The notes: a model not told the origin generated them from the letters alone. Counted from the first letter of the stretch, positions 9,395 through 19,043 are shown. The stretch is 64,000 bases of DNA from an uncultured Desulfosarcina sp. (GCA_963674945.2 CAXXWQ010000002.1:630308-694307), one strand, 5' to 3'. Numbers and translations are program-made.

Positions 9395-9932
9395 AGAATC
9401 CAGGAGTCAGGAGTCAGAATTCAGAATGTGGATTCACCTTCGGCTCAATCATAAAAATGAGTTGGGGATCCATACGTTAGAGTGAAACGACCACCGGCAA
9501 AAAATTTTCAAGACTTGATTGTGTGGCAAAAAGCGCATCAATTTGTTTTGGCTGTGTATCGCTATAGTGAATCGTTCCCTAAGAATGAGATTTATGGGTT
9601 GACCTCACAATTGAGAAGATCCGCTGTTTCAATCCCAGCGGACATTACAGAAGGCTTCAAGAAAAAGACGAAGCCTGACAAGGCAAGGTTTTTAAACATA
9701 GCACAAGGTTCGCTTGAAGAGACACGATACTATCTCATTTTAGCAGCAGATCTCGGCTATGGTAAAAATGTTGAATTGACAAACCAACTCCAGGAGGTCA
9801 GCAAATTGTTGGAAGGTTATCTTTCTTCCATTTTGCAAACAGAAAATAGGTAATGCTAATATTTATATTAGTAGATGGAGCGAAGCGACAACCTATCCAT
9901 TCTGAATTCTGACTCCTGGATTCTGAATTCTG
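9395..9932. mobile_element. Heptamer-armed palindromic element (family A), filled copy 2, carrying a four-helix-bundle gene
   Basis: AGAATCCAGGAGTCAGGAGTCAGAATTCAGAATG, core TTCACCTTCGGCTCAATC, gene, core GATGGAGCGAAGCGACAAC, arm CATTCTGAATTCTGACTCCTGGATTCTGAATTCTG. Confidence 0.8.
9482..9853 (+). CDS. Four helix bundle protein (TIGR02436 family)
   Basis: FQDLIVWQKA..FPKNEIYGLTSQLRRSAVSIP..IAQGSLEE. The usual NIAEG motif reads DITEG here. Confidence 0.9.
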   Translation: MKRPPAKNFQDLIVWQKAHQFVLAVYRYSESFPKNEIYGLTSQLRRSAVSIPADITEGFKKKTKPDKARFLNIAQGSLEETRYYLILAADLGYGKNVELTNQLQEVSKLLEGYLSSILQTENR

Positions 9933-10047
9933 TTGTTTTGTAATTTGAGATTTGTTTGTAATTTGGTGCTTTTGTTTTGGAATTTAATCGGGAGCAAAGC
10001 GACAACCGCTCCATTCTGAATTCTGACTCCTGACTACTGAATTCTGA
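9933..10047. repeat. Composite right-hand arm: family C arm, core GGAGCAAAGCGAC, then family A arm
   Basis: Same order and near-identical sequence as 42402-42518. Confidence 0.8.
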
Positions 10048-10123
10048 AATGCTTTCGCTTTTTGTTCTCTCTGGTGAAAACAAAGATAACCTTTTATGAT
10101 TTAGCCAAATATGGGAAACCTCG

Positions 10124-12808
10124 ATGCCCAATCCAACACTGGTAGAAGACGATAACGGTCTGATCCTTTTGGGTGCTCCCCGAAGCGGCCTCTCCCTGCT
10201 GTCAGGTTGTTTTCACCTGCTGGGAATGGATACTGGAGGAGCCGATCCGGAAGTGGTGAGGGAGATACATCATGAATTTTGTCGTGAACTCGGCGTGGAC
10301 CTGTTGGCTTCAGATCAATTACCAATGGGGTGGCAAGATTCTGCTGCCGCTACAAATGCTCGCGGTAAAATTGTAGAGCTGCTTCGTTCCCTCGAAACAT
10401 CTGAACAACCATGGATGATCGCCGATCCCTTCTTTTGCATGGTATTTCCATTATGGCGGGATTGCTTCGATGAATTGGAAATCGAACCAAGGTTTGTTCA
10501 TTTGATACGTCATCCCTGGGAAACAGCCCAATCCATATCCTGTGATGAAAATATCGATTTGAAAACCAGCCACACGATTTGGATGGCATACAATCAGGAA
10601 CCATTGGCTATTCGGGCAGATTACCCTTACGTTTTGGTAACGCTCGATCAACTCCTTGCCGATCCCTTATCGGTTCTCACCAAAGTCAAATCGGCGTTAT
10701 TCATAGAGTATCCAAATGATTTACGTACCGTGTATCCTGCAATACTGAATTCGGTTCGTCCTGGTGGCAAGCGTTTCAATGCAGGGGTTGCGACGAGAGA
10801 GGATCGTGATGATTTCGGTCAATTTTTTCATGCTTATCAAGAATTCTGTGCGCTCCAGGTAGATGTCACGAAGGTGGTTGAATCGAATCCAGCAAAGAAA
10901 GGGATTAAAGCGAAGCTTCAAAAACTAACCCAAGATTTTGAAGAAAAAACAAAACTTCTCTCCGCGCTACAAGACAAGTTAGACCAAATTGAAAAATCTC
11001 GAGACGAAAAGGTGAAGCTTGTCAGTGACCGGCAGGCGGAAATCGACCAGCTAAAACAAACCTTGGCAGAAAGGATCAAGGAGTCGGAAGCGCATCAAAG
11101 CCAGCTCGGTCAAATGACCAAGTCCCGGGATGAGCATGCGAAGCTGGCGGCCGACCGGCAAGTTCAGCTACAGGACCTTGCAAAGTCCCGGGATGAACAG
11201 GTGAAGCTGGCAAATGGACGGCAGGCGGAAATCGACCAGCTAAAACAAACCTTGGCAGAAAAGATCAAGGAGTCGGAAGCGCATCAAAGCCAGCTCGGTC
11301 AAATGACCAAGTCCCGGGATGAGCATGCGAAGCTGGCGGCCGACCGGCAAGTTCAGCTACAGGACCTTGCAAAGTCCCGGGATGAACAGGTGAAGCTGGC
11401 AAATGGACGGCAGGCGGAAATCGACCAGCTAAAACAAACCTTGGCGGAAAAGATCAAGGAGTCGGAAGCGCATCAAAGCCAGCTCGGTCAAATGACCAAG
11501 TCCCGGGATGAGCATGCGAAGCTGGCGGCCGACCGGCAAGTTCAGCTACAGGACCTTGCAAAGTCCCGGGATGAACAGGTGAAGCTGGCAAATGGACGGC
11601 AGGCGGAAATCGACCAGCTAAAACAAACCTTGGCAGAAAAGATCAAGGAGTCGGAAGCGCATCAAAGCCAGCTCGGTCAAATGACCAAGTCCCGGGATGA
11701 GCATGCGAAGCTGGCGGCCGACCGGCAAGTTCAGCTACAGGACCTTGCAAAGTCCCGGGATGAACAGGTGAAGCTGGCAAATGGACGGCAGGCGGAAATC
11801 GACCAGCTAAAACAAACCTTGGCGGAAAAGATCAAGGAGTCGGAAGCGCATCAAAGCCAGCTCGGTCAAATGACCAAGTCCCGGGATGAGCATGCGAAGC
11901 TGGCGGCCGACCGGCAAGTTCAGCTACAGGACCTTGCAAAGTCCCGGGATGAACAGGTGAAGCTGGCAAATGGACGGCAGGCGGAAATCGACCAGCTAAA
12001 ACAAACCTTGGCAGAAAAGATCAAGGAGTCGGAAGCGCATCAAAGCCAGCTCGGTCAAATGACCAAGTCCCGGGATGAGCATGCGAAGCTGGCGGCCGAC
12101 CGGCAAGTTCAGCTACAGGACCTTGCAAAGTCCCGGGATGAACAGGTGAAGCTGGCAAATGGACGGCAGGCGGAAATCGACCAGCTAAAACAAACCTTGG
12201 CAGAAAAGATCAAGGAGTCGGAAGCGCATCAAAGCCAGCTCGGTCAAATGACCAAGTCCCGGGATGAGCATGCGAAGCTGGCGGCCGACCGGCAAGCGCA
12301 ATTACAGAATTTGATGAAGGACCGAGACGAAAGGAGCAAGCAACTTGCTGATCGCCAAGCTCAATTGGAACAGCTCACTAAAGAAAGAGAAGCGCAAACA
12401 AAACTCGCAAATGATCGGAAAACACAGTTTGATCAGTTAAAGCAAGAATTGGAAAATAAGACAAAGGCGTCTGACGCTCTTCAGAGCCAAATCGTAAAGC
12501 TTGTTAAAACCCGTGACGAACAAGAAAAGTTGGCAGCCAATCGTGAGGAGCGAATTGAAAGCCTGACAAAGGACCAAGACGAAAAGGCCAATCAAATTGC
12601 TAATTACCAAACTCAATTGGAACAACTTACCAAAGAAAGAGACGCACAGGCGAAACTTGCCAAACAAAGTAAATCAAGAATAAAAGAGCTTGAAGAAAAA
12701 ATTTTGGAAGCTGAAGGACGAAAACATCTATTCTCTGAGGAAATTGCCAGGGCAGAGGGTCAAATCGAATTCATTAAAGAGATTATTTTTTTGGAGTCTG
12801 AAAGATGA
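10124..12808 (+). CDS. Sulfotransferase-like N-terminal domain with a very long repetitive coiled coil
   Basis: LLGAPRSG, DPFF..PLW, IRHPWETAQS (paralogous to the 5859 protein), followed by 63-aa tandem repeats. Confidence 0.75.
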   Translation: MPNPTLVEDDNGLILLGAPRSGLSLLSGCFHLLGMDTGGADPEVVREIHHEFCRELGVDLLASDQLPMGWQDSAAATNARGKIVELLRSLETSEQPWMIADPFFCMVFPLWRDCFDELEIEPRFVHLIRHPWETAQSISCDENIDLKTSHTIWMAYNQEPLAIRADYPYVLVTLDQLLADPLSVLTKVKSALFIEYPNDLRTVYPAILNSVRPGGKRFNAGVATREDRDDFGQFFHAYQEFCALQVDVTKVVESNPAKKGIKAKLQKLTQDFEEKTKLLSALQDKLDQIEKSRDEKVKLVSDRQAEIDQLKQTLAERIKESEAHQSQLGQMTKSRDEHAKLAADRQVQLQDLAKSRDEQVKLANGRQAEIDQLKQTLAEKIKESEAHQSQLGQMTKSRDEHAKLAADRQVQLQDLAKSRDEQVKLANGRQAEIDQLKQTLAEKIKESEAHQSQLGQMTKSRDEHAKLAADRQVQLQDLAKSRDEQVKLANGRQAEIDQLKQTLAEKIKESEAHQSQLGQMTKSRDEHAKLAADRQVQLQDLAKSRDEQVKLANGRQAEIDQLKQTLAEKIKESEAHQSQLGQMTKSRDEHAKLAADRQVQLQDLAKSRDEQVKLANGRQAEIDQLKQTLAEKIKESEAHQSQLGQMTKSRDEHAKLAADRQVQLQDLAKSRDEQVKLANGRQAEIDQLKQTLAEKIKESEAHQSQLGQMTKSRDEHAKLAADRQAQLQNLMKDRDERSKQLADRQAQLEQLTKEREAQTKLANDRKTQFDQLKQELENKTKASDALQSQIVKLVKTRDEQEKLAANREERIESLTKDQDEKANQIANYQTQLEQLTKERDAQAKLAKQSKSRIKELEEKILEAEGRKHLFSEEIARAEGQIEFIKEIIFLESER
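11030..12296 (+). repeat. Coding tandem repeat, 189 bp x ~6.7
   Basis: Unit starts CGGCAGGCGGAAATCGAC at 11030, 11219, 11408, 11597, 11786, 11975 and 12164; copies are almost identical. Confidence 0.95.
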
Positions 12809-14142
12809 TTCCTCTCAGAATTAAAAAAAAAATGAGGAATAGAAGGAGGATTAAGAATTATACGATTAAAACATATCCTTATCATAACTATTTACATTCG
12901 CGGGAAATTGATCCCGGAAAAGTAGTGAATAAAAAGTCCATCTTTGAAATTTCTGGATTAGATTTTCAAAAAAAGTTAGCGGAAGAATCGCATTATAAAA
13001 ACCTGTTTGAAAAGGCCGTGACGCAGTGGAGATTCGGAAACTGGAACGCTCTGACAAAACTTTCCTTGGATTATATCAAAACACAATCGGAACGCTCTAC
13101 GATTGCCCTATTGGTTGCCGCTGGCCACTTACAGAACAATGACCTACAAGAAGCAAGGCAATTTGTATGGTCAGCAAAAAAGTGGGGTTGCAGTAAGACG
13201 CAGATCAGCAGGATCTTGATTGCCAGTGTGCACAACAGTTTGGGGCGCGCTGCAGCAGTTGCTGGCCAACAGCCTCGTGCGTATAGACATTTTAAAAGCG
13301 CAATTTTAGTTGGAACACCGGACTGTGAGATAAAGTTGATCGCCCAAACTCGTATGACTGAACAGCTGAAACAGATTAATAATTCCGTTCGTAATTTAGC
13401 TGATATGCAGCGAGAAAGAGAGCACAGGGGTGTTGCATTGACTCGTGAAAAGGCATTCAATTTTATTAACAAATTAACATTAGGACAAGATGGAGAAGTA
13501 AGAAATCGCATTGTTATTGCCGGCATGCGTCATTCCGGCTCAACTGCTCTCTTTAATATAATCAGATTGAGCCTTTGTAATGCGGGGCTGGATAATATTT
13601 CCTTCTATTCTGAACAAAAGGATACAATTTCAAATGAAGATATATCACGTAAGATACTGATAATTAAAACACATGAATTTAGAGACGATATTGCTTTTCC
13701 CAATAGTTTGATCATTACTACACGACGTGATTTGCGTGATACAGTGGCTTCAGCTGTCAGAAGAGGCTTCCCATTGCTGAGAAAAATTGGAAATCCTGTT
13801 GAGTATGCAAAATACAACCGAACCCTTCATGATGTGTGGTTGCCACGAAGCCATTATGTATTTGTTTATGAAGACTTTATTAACAATCCGATAGCTACGA
13901 TCAATAAATTATTAGTGTTTATAGGATTGGAAGATATCAATGCAAAAAAAATTTATGAAGAGGTAATGGGTCTCCCTTTGGATCAATACAACGTCACATT
14001 GCTGACTCCGTCCCATATTACTGATCCTGAACAGAAACTAACTTTTAATGATACGTTAGATGACGAGACGATTGCCAAAATAAATTCAGAGCATAACCTT
14101 TGGCTTGATAAATACAACTATAAGACAGAGACAAGTAAATGA
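12805..14142 (+). CDS. Hypothetical protein with a helical N-terminal domain and a sulfotransferase-like C-terminal domain
   Basis: IAGMRHSGSTALFN, IIKTH, RRDLRDTVAS, YEDF motifs. Confidence 0.65.
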   Translation: MIPLRIKKKMRNRRRIKNYTIKTYPYHNYLHSREIDPGKVVNKKSIFEISGLDFQKKLAEESHYKNLFEKAVTQWRFGNWNALTKLSLDYIKTQSERSTIALLVAAGHLQNNDLQEARQFVWSAKKWGCSKTQISRILIASVHNSLGRAAAVAGQQPRAYRHFKSAILVGTPDCEIKLIAQTRMTEQLKQINNSVRNLADMQREREHRGVALTREKAFNFINKLTLGQDGEVRNRIVIAGMRHSGSTALFNIIRLSLCNAGLDNISFYSEQKDTISNEDISRKILIIKTHEFRDDIAFPNSLIITTRRDLRDTVASAVRRGFPLLRKIGNPVEYAKYNRTLHDVWLPRSHYVFVYEDFINNPIATINKLLVFIGLEDINAKKIYEEVMGLPLDQYNVTLLTPSHITDPEQKLTFNDTLDDETIAKINSEHNLWLDKYNYKTETSK

Positions 14143-14205
14143 TTTGCTGAGTTAATCTTTAATTGCAACGGATATCGGTTTAAAACCATTCCTATAGGAG
14201 ATTGT

Positions 14206-14892
14206 ATGCACGTTACTGCACTTTTACCTATGAAGGGACACTCCGAGCGAGTTCCAAATAAAAATATTCGTCCTTTCGCAGGTAGGCCGTTGTATCATCG
14301 AGTCGCCGAGGTCCTGCAGGCTTGTGAACGTATTGATGCCATCATTATCAATACCGATAGCGATGTAATTGCCGATGATGCTATAAAACATTTTTCCAAA
14401 GTGAGAATCATCGTCCGGCCCATGGAACTCAGGGGGGACTTCGTTCCGATGAATGATATCATTGGTTATGACCTGAAAATGACGGACGGAGAGCATTATC
14501 TTCAAACCCACAGCACCAATCCCCTTCTTACCAAAAATACAGTGGATGCAGCGATAAAGGAATACTTCAATGCCATTTCGGCCTATGATTCGGTTTTTTC
14601 CGTCACCCGGCTGCAGACGCGGCTGTACTGGGAAAATGGGCAACCGGTAAACCATAATCCCGATGAATTGATTCGTACCCAGGATTTGCCGCCGGTTTTT
14701 GAAGAAAACTCCAATTTCTTTATTTTTTCGAAGGCTTCCTTTGCCGGTGCCGGAAATAAACGAATCGGGAGCAAGCCAATGATGTTCCCCATGGAAAAGC
14801 TGGAAGCGATCGATATCGACGAGGAAGCCGATTTCCGTTTGGCTGAGGTCCTGTACCGTATGCGGGCCGAAGGAGGAGCGAATGGGCTTTAA
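14206..14892 (+). CDS. Acylneuraminate cytidylyltransferase (NeuA/KdsB-like) family protein
   Basis: [37 protein letters not shown]. Confidence 0.9.
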   Translation: MHVTALLPMKGHSERVPNKNIRPFAGRPLYHRVAEVLQACERIDAIIINTDSDVIADDAIKHFSKVRIIVRPMELRGDFVPMNDIIGYDLKMTDGEHYLQTHSTNPLLTKNTVDAAIKEYFNAISAYDSVFSVTRLQTRLYWENGQPVNHNPDELIRTQDLPPVFEENSNFFIFSKASFAGAGNKRIGSKPMMFPMEKLEAIDIDEEADFRLAEVLYRMRAEGGANGL

Positions 14893-15676
14893 GGAACGGT
14901 TTGAAAATGACAAACCGGTGATCGGTTCCTGGATCAACACTGCGAGTCCCATTGCCGCTGAATTGATGGCTACTGCCGGTTTTGATTTCTTGACCGTGGA
15001 TGTTGAGCACTCGGCTGTCGACCTGGTACAGGGGCAGGCCCTTTTTCAGGCAATTCGCTCCGGCAACCCCAATTGTGTTCCCTTCGTTCGCCTCGCGGGA
15101 AATGTCTATGCAGAGACCAAAAGATATGTCGATGCCGGTGCGATCGGCGTAATCGCGCCATTTATCAACACACGGGCACAAGCCGAGGAACTGGTTCGTT
15201 CCGTCAAATATCCCCCTTTGGGTATGCGCGGGGTCGGGTTCTGTCGAGCAAACAGCTATGGGATGCAACTGAAAGAATCCGTAAAAACCGCCAATGACCA
15301 GACTTTCGTCTGTGTTCAGATTGAGCACGCCGAAGCAGTGGAAAATATCGATGAAATTCTTGGTGTAACAGGTGTTGATGCGGTCATGATCGGTCCCTAT
15401 GACCTCAGTGCTTCCATGGGAATTACAGCGCAATTCGATCATCCCAAGATGGAATCTGCTACGAAAGCCGTGCTGAATGCCTGCCGGAAACAAGGTATTA
15501 TCCCTGGCATTCATGTCGTTCAACCTGATCCGGAGGCGGCCATTGCCCGAATTCGTGAAGGTTACCGGTTCATTGCCTACAGTCTTGACATCACCATGCT
15601 CCTCAACTCCTGTGTGCAGGGTGTGGAGGAGATCCGCAACCATTATCAGACAAGTCCCACAGAGGATGAAGCATGA
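14882..15676 (+). CDS. HpcH/HpaI-family pyruvate aldolase
   Basis: GFDFLTVDVEHS, YPPLGMRG, QIEH, IGPYDLSASMG. Confidence 0.9.
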   Translation: MGFKERFENDKPVIGSWINTASPIAAELMATAGFDFLTVDVEHSAVDLVQGQALFQAIRSGNPNCVPFVRLAGNVYAETKRYVDAGAIGVIAPFINTRAQAEELVRSVKYPPLGMRGVGFCRANSYGMQLKESVKTANDQTFVCVQIEHAEAVENIDEILGVTGVDAVMIGPYDLSASMGITAQFDHPKMESATKAVLNACRKQGIIPGIHVVQPDPEAAIARIREGYRFIAYSLDITMLLNSCVQGVEEIRNHYQTSPTEDEA

Positions 15677-16605
15677 AAAATGTTCTCGTTACCACCTCTT
15701 CTTTCTGTAAAGAAGATCCGGCTCCTTTGTCGGAGATTGAAAGCGCCGGACTGATCGCCATTCTCAATCCTTTCGGGCGCAAGCTGACCGAGGGAAAAGC
15801 AATCGACCTCATAAAAAAATACGATCCCGTGGGCATAATCGCCGGTGTTGAGCCGTTAACGCGAAAGGTATTGGAAGAAGGAAAAAACCTTAAAGTCGTT
15901 TCTCGTTGTGGTATCGGTATGGATTCGGTCGACCTTGTTGCTTCCAAAGACCTGGGAATAACTGTCACCAATACACCGGATGCACCTACAATTCCTGTTG
16001 CGGAATTGACAATGTGCATGATTCTTTCCCTGTTACGCAAAATACACGTTTCGGATGCGAGCATCCGATCGGGTGCGTGGGAACGCCCCATGGGAAACCT
16101 GCTGCACGGAAAGACCGTGGGAATCATAGGCTGTGGGCGTATCGGATCATTTTTGGGACGACTTCTGGCGCCTTTCGATTGTACACTGTTCGGTTACGAC
16201 CCCTATTGTCAGCAGTCAGACCTTTTCCAGTTGGTTTCCTTGGAAGACCTGCTGATTCAATCCGACATCGTTACGTTGCATCTTCCCTTCACCGAGGAAA
16301 ACCGGCATTTTATCAACGTGGACCGTCTTGGCAAAATGAAACAGAATGCATTTCTCATTAATGCTGCACGGGGAGGACTCGTTGATGAAGATGCATTATA
16401 TGATGCCTTGTCATCGGGAACCATTGCCGGTGCGGCTCTGGATTGTTTCGAGAAGGAACCCTATAAAGGCAGGCTGAGGGATTTGGACAACACGTTGCTG
16501 ACCGGCCATATCGGGTCCTATGCCAGGGAAGGAAGAATCATGATGGAGGCCCAGGCAGTTGAAAATTTGATCAGAGAACTGAAAAGCAGAGGTGTCATCT
16601 CATGA
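15673..16605 (+). CDS. D-2-hydroxyacid (phosphoglycerate-like) dehydrogenase
   Basis: GIIGCGRIG, LHLP, INAARGGLVDE, AALDCFEKEP, TGHIG. Confidence 0.88.
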   Translation: MKNVLVTTSSFCKEDPAPLSEIESAGLIAILNPFGRKLTEGKAIDLIKKYDPVGIIAGVEPLTRKVLEEGKNLKVVSRCGIGMDSVDLVASKDLGITVTNTPDAPTIPVAELTMCMILSLLRKIHVSDASIRSGAWERPMGNLLHGKTVGIIGCGRIGSFLGRLLAPFDCTLFGYDPYCQQSDLFQLVSLEDLLIQSDIVTLHLPFTEENRHFINVDRLGKMKQNAFLINAARGGLVDEDALYDALSSGTIAGAALDCFEKEPYKGRLRDLDNTLLTGHIGSYAREGRIMMEAQAVENLIRELKSRGVIS

Positions 16606-17525
16606 ATATTCTGGTAACCGGTGGCTCCGGCTTTTTAGGCAGCCACGTCTCGGATGCATTGAGTGATGCCGGTCATTCCGTGAAGATTGTTGATATTCGG
16701 GAATCACCTTACTTACGGCCCGACCAGGAAATGTGTGTCGGGGATCTGATGGATATGGATCATATGGAATCCTGTCTGCGGGGTATGGATGTGGTCTACC
16801 ATTTCGCGGGTATTGCCGATATCGATGAGTGCAAGTTACGACCCGTGGATACAGCAAAATTCAACATCCTGGGGACCGTACAGATTTTGGAGGCTTGTCG
16901 CAAAACAGGGGTTCGGCGTTTCGTCTTCGCAAGTTCCGCCTATGTTTACAGCGATTCCGGCTACTTTTACCGGTCAAGCAAACAAGCGTGCGAATCTTTT
17001 ATTGAAAATTACGCAGAACTTTACGATCTGAAATACACATGCCTCCGATATGGTTCTTTGTATGGCCCGAGGGCGGATGAACGGAATAGTATTTACAAGC
17101 TTATTCTCCAGGCGGTTGAGGAAGGAAAGATAACCTATCGCGGAACGGGAGAGGAACTTCGTGAGTTTATCCATGTTCAAGATGCCGCGCAAAGCAGTGT
17201 CCATGTTTTGGATAAAAAGTTTGAAAATAGTTATATTACACTGACGGGCAAAGAGAAAATGCGTTACTCCGTTCTTCTGGAAATGATCAAGGAGATGCTG
17301 GGTAACAGGATTGAAATCGAAATCGTACCTTCCAACCGAAAGGCACATTATCGGATTACACCGTACAACTTCAGTCCAAAATTGGGCATGAAACTTACCA
17401 ACAATCCCCATGTGGATATGGGGCAGGGGCTGTTGCAATGTATCGGAGAGATTTTCGAATCCATCCATTCGGAAAAAACCGCAGAGTTGGGAATATTTGT
17501 TAATGGAAACAACAAGGCGGAGTAA
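16602..17525 (+). CDS. NAD-dependent epimerase/dehydratase (extended SDR)
   Basis: TGGSGFLG, YRSSK, LRYGSLYGP. Confidence 0.88.
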   Translation: MNILVTGGSGFLGSHVSDALSDAGHSVKIVDIRESPYLRPDQEMCVGDLMDMDHMESCLRGMDVVYHFAGIADIDECKLRPVDTAKFNILGTVQILEACRKTGVRRFVFASSAYVYSDSGYFYRSSKQACESFIENYAELYDLKYTCLRYGSLYGPRADERNSIYKLILQAVEEGKITYRGTGEELREFIHVQDAAQSSVHVLDKKFENSYITLTGKEKMRYSVLLEMIKEMLGNRIEIEIVPSNRKAHYRITPYNFSPKLGMKLTNNPHVDMGQGLLQCIGEIFESIHSEKTAELGIFVNGNNKAE

Positions 17526-17526
17526 A

Positions 17527-18201
17527 ATGAGTTCTGAATGGATTCTATTGTCTCATTTACTTCATCCCGATGCTCCGGCATATGGCGGACATCAGGCTTT
17601 TTTCGATGAACCGGATAAAGAAATGGTCAAAGGAGATTCATGTAATACAAGACAGTGGAAAATGTCGAACCATGCTGGGACCCACATCGATGCTCCTCGC
17701 CATTTTTCCATCGACGGTAAAACCATTGATCGCTATCCTCCAAATTTCTGGATTTTTTCAAGGCCATTCGTTCTCATGGTCAATGGCGTTGAGCCAGGGC
17801 AAATACTGAATGATGAAGACATGGATTTAGCATCAATACCATCTGATACGAATTTCCTTATAATAAAAACAGGTTTTGGTGTTTTCCGAGATAGTCCGAT
17901 TTATTGGCAAAAAAATCCCGGGCTTCATCCGGATCTTGCAGAAGAATTTCGCCATCTTTTTCCAGACCTCAGAGTGGTTGGATTTGATTTTATCTCGGTA
18001 TCATCTTTTGCAGATCGAGAATTGGGCAGGCGTGCACATAAGGCGTTCCTGGACCATACACGTCCGCTTCTACTTTTGGAGGATATGGACTTGTCGGTGA
18101 ATTATGATGAAAAGCGCGTAAATCAGGTTGTTGTGTCTCCTCTCCATGTAAAAGGTGCAGATGCAGCACCTTGCACGGTATTGGCAGAGGTTACAAGATG
18201 A
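17527..18201 (+). CDS. Cyclase / kynurenine-formamidase-like metal hydrolase
   Basis: HAGTHIDAPRHF motif; ATG 17527 lies directly after the previous stop. Confidence 0.85.
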   Translation: MSSEWILLSHLLHPDAPAYGGHQAFFDEPDKEMVKGDSCNTRQWKMSNHAGTHIDAPRHFSIDGKTIDRYPPNFWIFSRPFVLMVNGVEPGQILNDEDMDLASIPSDTNFLIIKTGFGVFRDSPIYWQKNPGLHPDLAEEFRHLFPDLRVVGFDFISVSSFADRELGRRAHKAFLDHTRPLLLLEDMDLSVNYDEKRVNQVVVSPLHVKGADAAPCTVLAEVTR

Positions 18202-18827
18202 AATGGGAGGCGGTCTTTTTTGATTTTGATGGCGTGATATTGGATTCGGTGGATGTTAAAACCCAGGCATTCGCTGCCATGTTCCGATCTTATGGCCCTG
18301 ACGTCGAGAAGGCTGTTGTGGAATATCATCTGGCCCATGGCGGTATATCAAGGTTTAAAAAATTTAAATATTTTTATGAGCACATACTCAATCTGCCATT
18401 ACCTCAGGATGTCCTTGAGAAATTAGGCTCTAAATTTAATCAAATGGCACTGGAAGGGGTTCTGTCTGCTCCATTTATTGAAGGGGCATTGGAAACTTTG
18501 AAAATGCTCAAGGATAATGAAATACCAGCGTTTGTGATTTCAGGAACACCGCAAGAGGAAGTACAGCTGATTGTCGAGAAAAGAAATCTTAGCGCTTATT
18601 TTATAGAGGTGCATGGTTCCCCTCGCACTAAGCAAGATATTATTCATGATATCGCTTCACGTCATGATTTTGATTTGTCTTGTTGCCTTTTTATTGGTGA
18701 TGCTTCTACGGACTTTATGGCTGCACAATTATGTGGGACAGATTTTTTAGGAATTGTAAAGAATACCAAAAAATCCCCATTCCCTGAATCAACACGGATA
18801 TCAGAACATGTTAGCATTTTTTCATAG
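18198..18827 (+). CDS. HAD-family phosphatase
   Basis: FDFDGVILDS, ISGT, K, FIGDASTD. Confidence 0.88.
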   Translation: MKWEAVFFDFDGVILDSVDVKTQAFAAMFRSYGPDVEKAVVEYHLAHGGISRFKKFKYFYEHILNLPLPQDVLEKLGSKFNQMALEGVLSAPFIEGALETLKMLKDNEIPAFVISGTPQEEVQLIVEKRNLSAYFIEVHGSPRTKQDIIHDIASRHDFDLSCCLFIGDASTDFMAAQLCGTDFLGIVKNTKKSPFPESTRISEHVSIFS

Positions 18828-19043
18828 TAACATTTTTAAATGAGAGGTTTTTGTAACCATTGTATCCCAAATTTTACCGTATATTTAGGAAAATTTAAAG
18901 CTTAGAATAAAAAATTAAATTAAAAATAATGCTGAGCATTATAATGCTTATTCCAATAATAAACACATAGTTTTAAGTTGATAGAAGGAGGAAAATATAA
19001 AATTTTTGGATAGAATGTTTTTAGACAAAAATAGGAATAGATA

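Noticed and set aside
1330..9853. Diversity-generating retroelement suggested by the Avd-like four-helix-bundle genes
   Set aside because: No reverse transcriptase and no template/variable repeat pair with adenine-specific differences were seen in the window.
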